Shown here in pieces: positions 55,719 through 64,000 of a stretch of DNA of 64,000 nt. The notes under the pieces were generated by a model, which was not told where the DNA came from, ran no database searches, and saw nothing but the letters and a program-made list of their open reading frames with translations. The DNA comes from Eledone cirrhosa (Eukaryota): the NCBI GenBank assembly GCA_964016885.1, contig OZ024742.1:266538001-266602000 (forward strand), in the 5' to 3' direction. Position numbers and translations under genes: made by a program. Position 1 is the first letter of the stretch; each line of letters starts with the position of its first letter.

Positions 55719-58700
55719 CTCTTTGAGTCTCAGTCATTGATGTTAGTTAACTGGAAAGTTTGTTGAGATGAATATCAAGCCACTACCTGCAGCCTCAGAT
55801 ATTCAGGACGTATCGGAGGGTTCTTGCTGTTCCCAGCAAGCATGCCTTTTGAAGCGTTCCAAAAAGCGTGAAGGGGCCAATTTTCTTGAACCATCTCTGG
55901 AAACCTTTTGAGATAGTCCCTAGTGCGCCTATGACAATCGGGACCACTTTGACTTCATGGCAGTTCCAAATCCTTTTTACCTCACACTTTAAGTCCTGGT
56001 ATCGGTTAATTTTCTCCCTCTCCTTCTCTTGCACTCTCGTGTCGAATGGGCAGGCCACATCCACAATCAGGCACGATCTTTTTTCTTTGTCCAAAACCAC
56101 CAGGTCAGGTCTATTGGGTTCCAGTTTCTTGTCCGTCTGTATCCTAAAATCCCACAGCACCTTCACCTGATCGTTTTCTATCACCGCCTCTGGCTTATGC
56201 TCATACCATTTCTCAGAATGTGGTAAATTGTTTACTTTGCATAGGTGCCAGTGGATCACCCTGCCCATCACATCATGTCTCCAGCCCTTATAGTGAGTCT
56301 GGGCTAGGTGTTTAGATTCAGAGACAATGTGAGCCACAGTCTCCTCTCTCTCTCCACAGATCCTGCACAGTGGGCTAGCCTCCTCCTTGTAAATGTGGTG
56401 TTTCAACCACTTCGTTTTGAGGGCCTGCTCCTGCGCAGCCATTAACATTCCTTCTGTAACCTTTTTAAGGTCTCCTCTTTTCAACCAGTTCCATGTCTGT
56501 GGATCTCTAAATTCAGTTTTCTCAAAGAAGGTACTATGAAGGGATTTTTCTTGAAGGCTGCTCTTTCTCCTTGATGTTATTTCCTCCTTGGACATCCCCT
56601 GGCCTATTGTCCCCTCCTTCAGTACAGCTCTGAGCATTGGCTCCTTACTATCAGTCACGTATTTGTGTAGGTTGTTTTTCTCCATCTGAACACAGTCCTC
56701 TATGCTGATAAGACCTCTTCCACCTTCAGATCTCCTTAAGTAGAGTCTATCGACATCACTCCTCTTGTGGAACATATTGTAGATAGTCAATAGCTTCCTA
56801 GTCTTCCTATCCATTTCTTTTTGTTCAGCAACATTCCATCTCAGAATTCCCGCACTGTACCTAATAATAGACACAGCTCGGGAATTTACTGCACTTATGG
56901 CATTCCTACTGTTCAGATGTGACTTTAATACGCTCCTTACTCTCCGAAGGTATTCAGTTCTTATCAATTCCTTCATTTTTTTGTTCTTGATGTCATCAGA
57001 CTCCAGAACGCCCAAATACTTGTATCCTTCTTCAGAGTCAATTTCTTTTATCATCTCACCTGTTGGTATCTGGATTCCGCTACTTCTGCTCAACAACTTA
57101 CCCCTCCTCATCACAATGACTCCACACTTATTAATACCAAATTGCATACATATATCATTGCTGAAAATACGGACAGTGTCAACAAGCACATCCAACTCCT
57201 TCTCACTCTTCCCGAAGAGCTTAAGATCGTCCATGAAGAGGAGGTGATTGATGGCAAGCCCTCCCTTTCCCAACCTGTATCCTGCTCTCACTTTTCGCAG
57301 TACACTGGTCAGGGGCATCAGGGCAAGGACAAACAACAGAGGGGACAGACTATCTCCCTGGAAGATACCTCTCTTGATCTCCACGCTTCCCAAGGATTCT
57401 CCAGTTGATGTTAACTCTGTTTCCCAGGACTTCATACTTTTGCCCAACAACTGTCTGATGTTATCTGCCACCTTGAAGATCTCCAGGCTTTTGGTGATCC
57501 AAGAATGAGGCACCATGTCAAATGCCTTTTTGTAGTCTATCCATCCCATGGCAAGACCAGTGTGTCTCCTCTTGCAATTCCTCATTACCATCTTATCAAT
57601 AAGTAACTGGTCCTTTGTACCACGTGACTTCTTTCGGCATCCTTTCTGTTCGTCCGGTAACAAGTTGTTTGTGTGGAGGTGATGGTAGATTTCCTCAGAC
57701 ATAATGCTTGTCAACAGTTTCCACATTACGGACAGACATGTGATAGGTCTATAGTTGGTAACATCATTACCCTTGATTCGGTCTTTCATTATCAGAACTG
57801 TGGTACCCTTTGTCAACCACTCTGGTACCTCACCTGACATCAAGCAGTCATTGAAGATGGTTGTCAGTTTCGGGTGGAGGGATGTTATGTTTTTAATCCA
57901 ATACCCCTGCACACCATCTGGGCCAGGTGATTTCCAGTTGGTTAGTTTTTTGGCCTGCCCCTTAAGAGTTTCAACTGTGATACTCAAATCAGTTGTTGGC
58001 GTGCCTGTTCACTGATCTCCTTCTGTACTGCCTCAATCCACACTGCCTGGTCATTATGTTTAACATCCTGCTCCCATATTCCTCTCCAGAATGTTTTAGT
58101 TTGTTCCGCCTCAGTGATCATGTCGTTGCCTCTTTCTTTCCCTTCAAGCTGTCCAAACAGCATCTTCTGGTTGTTGTCGAACATGCGGTTCTGTCTATAC
58201 TGGCTGACTCTGTTCTCGTATCGCCTGATTTTTGCACTTTTTGCTACAATGCGTTGCTTCAGTTCCTCTATGATAATATTTAGCTTTTTCCTCCTAGTTT
58301 TGTACTTTATTTCCAGTCTATTTTTAGTGTCTATGTTTTTTAGTGTCCCATTCAGTAGGGACTCAAGCTTCCCAATGTCGTTTCTCATTTCCCTGATTTG
58401 ACCACTCAGTCGTTTCTTCCACCAAGGCTCTGCTCTTTCTTGTCTGTTGTTTCCTCTCGCTTTTATACCAAGTAGTTTCCTCACCGTATTTGCTGTTGCT
58501 TTGAGGATATTGTTGCACTGGTGAAGGCTCCTTGCCTCAAGGTATGGGATGACTTTGTTTACCTTAGCTGTTGTTTCTTTTAACTTTTTCCTGTCTACAA
58601 ATCTTATGTTCATAGGTCTCCCACTATCATTGTTCAATTCATCTACCACTAAGTTTAGGATATCTACCAAATCTTGTCCTAGCCCGTCAGCATTCATCTC

Positions 58701-58766
58701 CTCAGTGGCCGTATCTCTGTTCCAGGTATTATTTATCTCAGCATTCAGATCATTTTCTGTTTCGGG
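55719..58766 (-). mobile_element. R4/Dong-like family A element, 5'-truncated, near-intact
   Basis: The 730-aa frame (55795-57987) carries a full RT, Zn-knuckle region and NRPDL/DVACP endonuclease. One frameshift at ~57990 separates it from 57984-58697. TAA-type repeats flank it in element orientation. Confidence 0.96.
55795..57987 (-). CDS. Reverse transcriptase plus restriction-like endonuclease (family A)
   Basis: SPGPDG, NYRPITCL, DYKKAFD, GIFQGDSLSPLLF, FMDDLKLF, YKYLG, CRICG, RHD, RPDL, D-(x)-KINRY. Confidence 0.9.
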   Translation of the reverse strand: MSITVETLKGQAKKLTNWKSPGPDGVQGYWIKNITSLHPKLTTIFNDCLMSGEVPEWLTKGTTVLIMKDRIKGNDVTNYRPITCLSVMWKLLTSIMSEEIYHHLHTNNLLPDEQKGCRKKSRGTKDQLLIDKMVMRNCKRRHTGLAMGWIDYKKAFDMVPHSWITKSLEIFKVADNIRQLLGKSMKSWETELTSTGESLGSVEIKRGIFQGDSLSPLLFVLALMPLTSVLRKVRAGYRLGKGGLAINHLLFMDDLKLFGKSEKELDVLVDTVRIFSNDICMQFGINKCGVIVMRRGKLLSRSSGIQIPTGEMIKEIDSEEGYKYLGVLESDDIKNKKMKELIRTEYLRRVRSVLKSHLNSRNAISAVNSRAVSIIRYSAGILRWNVAEQKEMDRKTRKLLTIYNMFHKRSDVDRLYLRRSEGGRGLISIEDCVQMEKNNLHKYVTDSKEPMLRAVLKEGTIGQGMSKEEITSRRKSSLQEKSLHSTFFEKTEFRDPQTWNWLKRGDLKKVTEGMLMAAQEQALKTKWLKHHIYKEEASPLCRICGEREETVAHIVSESKHLAQTHYKGWRHDVMGRVIHWHLCKVNNLPHSEKWYEHKPEAVIENDQVKVLWDFRIQTDKKLEPNRPDLVVLDKEKRSCLIVDVACPFDTRVQEKEREKINRYQDLKCEVKRIWNCHEVKVVPIVIGALGTISKGFQRWFKKIGPFTLFGTLQKACLLGTARTLRYVLNI

Positions 58767-58788
58767 TATTATTATTATTATTATTATT

Positions 58789-61700
58789 ACAGTTGCATTT
58801 ATCTTGCTTTATGTTCATACGAGTTATCACCAAGTCACAACCAGTGACCTCAAGAGACAACAAGGTCCGCCATGTTCAAGAAAGAACATACATATTCACA
58901 CATGCATCTTTAGTGTTTAGACTTGTGATGTACTTATATTGACAGGATCTTCCTTAGTATATGGGCAGTTCCCATTAGTACTATCTTTTGTATTTCTCCT
59001 ATACGCGGGTTTCCTGGGATTTTCGATAAGTAATCATTAGCCCCCTTAGGTATCATTCCCAGAGCGCCTACAACCACTGGTATTGTTTTAGTTCTCAATT
59101 TCCACATTTTTCCAATTTCTATCTCCAGGTCCTTATACTTGCTCAATTTTTCAAATGTTTTTATAGATACATTCTTGTCTATTGAAAGAGACATATCAAT
59201 TAGCAGGCATACCCTCTTTTGAAAGTCTTTCAATATTATATCAGGTCTGTTTGCATCTATTTTTCGGTCTGTTTGGATGCTAAAGTTCCACAAGATTGAG
59301 ATGTGATCTTTTTCAAGTATGGGAGGTGGTTGATGCTCCACCAATTCTTTTGATGGGGCAGGTCAAAATGCTTACACATTATCCAATGTATGTATTGTGC
59401 AGCTCTGTCATGCCTGTTTAGGTATTCGGTTGGAGCTATAGGACTGCACATTGAAATTATATGGTCAATGGTCTCTGGTTGTTTTTTGCATACACGGCAT
59501 AATGGGCTACACCCATTTTTTATTATGTTGGCTTGGTAATTTTTTGTTGGCAGACACTGATCTTGTGCCGATATAATCAGTCCTTCAGTCTCCGATTTCA
59601 GTCCAGAGGATGCCAACCACTGATGGGTTAAAGTTTTGTCAACATCAGGATTGTTAGCTCGCTCTGGGTATTTTCCATACAGAGGCTTTTCTTGCCATTT
59701 CTTAGCCAGTTTCTGTAGCAGTTCTTTCTTTGCAGTTACTTTTACCTGCTTTGCTTTTTCCGTGTTTTCCATTTCAGCAGTAAATGGGACTTCTGAAATT
59801 TGTAGTCCATTACTGTATCTTTGTGCATCTTTTGTAATGGAATATGATCTTTTGATGCTTTCGTGTTTCAAAACGAGTTTGATCATCCAATCATGTGATT
59901 CCCTTAGATATGTAGATAATCCAATTGTTGCAGTTTTCAACGCAATGTCTAACTGGATTAACCCACGTCCTCCTTCTTTTCTAGGGAGATATATTCTATC
60001 TATATCTGCCTTAGGGTGATGCATTCTGTGCATGGTTAAGAATTTTCGAATTTTTGTATCGAGCCTACGGATCTCTGTGCTTGACCAGTTGATGACATTG
60101 TAACTGTAGGTTACTACTGGTATGGCAAGCGTGTTTATGGCATCGATCCTATTCCTTGCATTCAATTCCGTTCTTAAGATTGCTCTTACTCTGCGGTAAC
60201 ATTCCTTCCTTATCCTTTCCCTCATTGTCGAGTGCTTGATTCCGTCTCCTTCACAAACACCTAGATATTTGTAAGTTTTTTCTTGATGAAGTTCTCTTAT
60301 CACGTTCCCCCGATCAAGATTAATGTCTGAACTCTTCAGCAGCTTTCCTCTGGTGAACGTTGCTTTGGCGCATTTATCTAGTCCAAACTCCATTTTAATG
60401 TCATCACTGAACTGCTTCACAGTGGATAATAGCCCTTGCAATTGTTCATCATTTTTTGCAAATAGTTTCAGGTCATCCATGTAGAACAAGTGATTAATGG
60501 TTTTGTCATAGACTTTATATCCATGTTTTGTTTCATTGAGCATTTTACTTAATGGTATAAGTGCGATGCCGAATAAAAGCGGTGATAAAGAGTCATCCTG
60601 AAAAATTCCACAATTAATATTAACTTCTCCAGCTTCCAGTGATTTTGTTTCACTATTCAAAAGGAGTGTCGTTTTCCATGTCTTCATACTGAATGACAAA
60701 AACCTCCTGACAACGGAGGATATTTTGAAAATCTCTAAACATTTTTCAATCCAACTGTGTGGCAAACTATCGAATGCTTTTTTATAGTCTATCCAAGCAA
60801 TCGATAGATTTTTGTGTCTATTATGACAATCTTCCAGTATCATTTTGTTAACCAGAAGCTGATCCTTACAGCCATATGAGCCTCGTTTACACCCTTTCTG
60901 CTCAATGGGAAATAGGTCATTTGTTATCAGGTGGTCATATGTGTATTCAGTTAGGACTGATGTTAAAATTTTATACATTGTGGTCAAGCAAGTTATCGGT
61001 CTGTAATTTTTGGGATTGTTTGTCTCATCATTCTTCGGAAGCAGGAATGTAATGCCGTTAACTAGCCATGAAGGTATCTTTTCTGGCTCCTTAACTATTT
61101 CATTGTAAAGTTGGGCTAACAGCTCATGAGACTCTGTGAAGGCATTTATCCAAAAGTTTTGTATTTTGTCTTTTCCTGGGGATTTCCATTTGCTGGTTTT
61201 TCTTAGAGCCAAGCGCAACTGTTCAACTGTTATATTTTCCCATGTTTGTTCCCCAAGGTGAGCTGTATCTTTCATTTGTCTGTCTATCCATGGGGCATGT
61301 ATGTTATGAACTTTTTCTTCGGCCCAGATCTTTTTCCAGAATTCTTGCACTTCCTCCTTGGGTGGTATTGATTTAGCAGTTATTGTTGACTTACCAATTT
61401 TTCTGTAGAAGTTTCTTTGGTTGTTTTTGAACATATTATTGTCCTTATAGAATCTAGATCGTTTTTCAAAGCGCCTTATACGAGCAGCTTTGGCCGACAC
61501 TTTTTGCTTGATTATTTCTATCAGCATGTCTATGTCACATGTTGATTTTATACTGTACTTTTTTTTCAATTTTCTAAGTTTAGTTTGTTTAACATGTTCA
61601 CCTACTTTATAGTTTGTTAAAATTTCTATGTCAGATCGGAGAAGGTTTATTTGGCGATTGATGTTCTCTTGCCAAGTAGATTTCTTGTGGGAATTCCTTT

Positions 61701-61839
61701 GTTTTTTCATCTTCACTCCACATAAGTGAGTGGTGACTTTAGCCGCTGCATAATAGAGATGATTTAAATCAGTAATGTTTAGTTTGTTTGTGATGATAAT
61801 GTTTTTGAGAATTATGTTAGTCTTGTGTATTATCTTTTG

Positions 61840-61840
<1 letters not shown>
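58789..61840 (-). mobile_element. R4/Dong-like family B element, 5'-truncated, near-intact
   Basis: 819-aa ORF 59257-61716 (RT motifs DYKKAFD, GIFQDDSLSPLLF, FYMDDLKLF) plus endonuclease frame 58934-59344 after a 1-nt deletion. (TAA)n on both sides. Confidence 0.96.
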
Positions 61841-61896
<56 letters not shown>

Positions 61897-61914
61897 TTTA
61901 TTTTTATTATTATT
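61841..61914. repeat. (TTA)n microsatellite separating divergently oriented LINEs
   Basis: Direct reading. Confidence 0.95.
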
Positions 61915-64000
61915 GGCGACCTACGTAGTAAATCGTAACATCGTGAGCTCCGCAAAGGTTTTGTTATTTTCAGTTGTTTAAAATTCCCATTTAGGGAAAA
62001 CTTTTATTGTTAACTGTATATAAGTGCACATACATTGTTATCTGAAAAGGACACCTAAAAAGATTGGGGCCTTGAGCCCAAAATTTAAACTTTTATAATT
62101 ATCAAACAAAAATTTTTCTTTGAAAAATCATGGACGACTCAGAGTCACACCTTCCTCACAAACTAACACCTCACACCGACACCACCATTGTAAATATTAC
62201 TACGTTTGCCAACACTAAAAATATAAGCAGTAGCAATATTTTAAATTTGTCTCAGGCAGACATTCATTTCCCGCCATTACCAATGACTGCAGGTGTTAAA
62301 GCCGCCACCCCCACCACCACCACAGCGACAACAGAAACAAAAGAAAAAAGAAATTAACTCGTGATATCGAAATGAATTCAACCAAAATGAACTCTTCCAC
62401 ACCGAACACCACTGAGGCCACCACCACCATAACTGAAACTAAAATTAACAATAACAAAAACAACGATAACAACAACAGCAACAATGAAATTAAGAAAACT
62501 ACCCTGTCTTTTGCGAGAGTAGCAAAAAAGTGCGAAGCATTCCAGGTAACTCAGGAGGAATTAGAAGAAGCCAAAAAAATGGTAAAGAAAGATGGGTACA
62601 GGGTCAGCCTCACCCCACCACATAATAAAATGGAGCATCGGCGCCCATGCACCGTGTCTTATCGGACGATTAACATAAAATCGCGCCCAGTGGAGCGGGC
62701 ATCCGAGTCCCAAATCCAAAAAGCTTTGGGACATGTGTGGGCAAAAAAAACCCACATCAGAGTTGGGCAGAAATATGGAACCGTTGACGTGTACTTTGAA
62801 ACACCACAGGAGGCCAGAGAACACTCCATAGCCCCATTAAGAAGTGACGACTTCACACTCGTCCCAAGCTATTGTGGCCAGAGACTCGCGAAGATCAGGA
62901 TGACCCACGTTCCACTGGCCATCGGAATGGCTAATGGCTAATGGCTAATGGCTAATGGCTGCCGTCCTCGCCGGCATCGAAGCCAACACCAAGATAATCG
63001 AAATAGCGAAAGAAAAGCAGGAGAACTGGTCCGGATCTGGGATGGAGCTCCTGATCCAAGCGGACCAAAAAAGCATTGAGGAGATCCCAGAGGTAATAGA
63101 CCTCACTGACGGCAGCCACCTCACGGTAATCGTCGAGGGCAGAAGGCCTAGGTGTGTCGTTTGTGGTGAAGGAACCCTTCTAAGGGCTTTCTGCCCTCAG
63201 GCTAAAAGGTTGAGGCCACCTCTCCAACCCACCCCAGTGACTCAACCATCAACACCACCAGCAGCAGAGATGGCAGCAACAACTGTAGCAGCAACAATAG
63301 AAGCAACTGTAACAGCAACAACCCCAGCAACAGTATCAAAACCAACACCACCACCACCCAACGCGCCAGAACTAGCACCAGCGCCTACACCATCCACCAC
63401 GCCACAACAAAAACCAACGCCTGTGGAGGATTTTCCACTCCCCGACCTATTGCAACTGGAGACAGATTGTGACGACGAGGAGTGGGAAACGGTATCAGAA
63501 AAAAAGAAAAAGAAACCCCAAAAGAAAAAAAATCCCCTTCCTTCCCCCTTCAAAAACAAAATACAGAGGGAAACAAATAAACTATTAAACAAAAAAGTTA
63601 GGACAGATATGCCACCATCCACACCAGCATCACCAACCCCATCACCACAAACACCAACACCATCACCATCATTAACCCCAACACCACCATCACCAACACC
63701 ACAAAAGTCACCAAAAAGCGAAACAGAACCAAACCCACAACAAACGCAAACAAAACAAAACAACCAAAACGATACACACTACACAGCAATAAATTTGAAC
63801 AACAATCAATTATTACACTACATCCAACACAACAGCAGCATCACAGAAAAAGACTACACAACAACCCAAAAGTTCACACCACCTCCACACATACAAATCA
63901 CTCGCATCACACAGAAAACGTACACGACACTAAAACAAAAATTCCCCAAAGACATCGGAGACTTCCGACAAGCACTCCCCAGGAGGATTTATAAGGACAT
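61915..64000 (+). mobile_element. 5' UTR and disrupted ORF1 (gag-like) of an L1/Tx1-like LINE, running off the window
   Basis: SFARVAK, RRM-like GTVDVYFETPQEA, KIRMTHVP, VIVEGRRPRCVVCG...FCP (degenerate Zn knuckle), Pro/Thr-rich tail and EEWETVSEKKKK. Starts directly after (TTA)n. Confidence 0.7.

Noticed and set aside
63242-63789. Minus-strand Gly/Val-rich ORFs
   Set aside because: Antisense shadows of the Pro/Thr-rich LINE ORF1 tail.

Overview
AT-rich, microsatellite-dense animal DNA with no recognisable host protein-coding gene. The tRNA-derived SINEs resemble those I recall from octopus, so an octopod cephalopod origin is inferred. The window is almost entirely retroelements inserted into simple repeats. 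(1) Two families of R4/Dong-like non-LTR elements (RT plus restriction-like endonuclease) are stacked head-to-tail in (TAA)n at 7.3-14.5 kb (+) and 55.7-61.8 kb (-). (2) L1/Tx1-like pieces and a young SINE occupy the same microsatellites in the opposite (TTA) orientation. (3) Penelope-like elements (PLEs) sit in (TA)n. They include a near-intact Hydra-clade-like copy with ~1.65-kb pseudo-LTRs, a variant hammerhead and a GC-rich structured RNA domain, a Neptune-like copy bracketed by ~1.5-kb inverted arms, and several solo or palindromic pLTRs with minimal hammerheads. (4) There are degenerate CRE, RTE, CR1/Jockey-like and Helitron remnants, a ~43-bp minisatellite, and about a dozen inverted repeats. 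All family assignments come from motif recognition by eye; no searches or folding programs were run.
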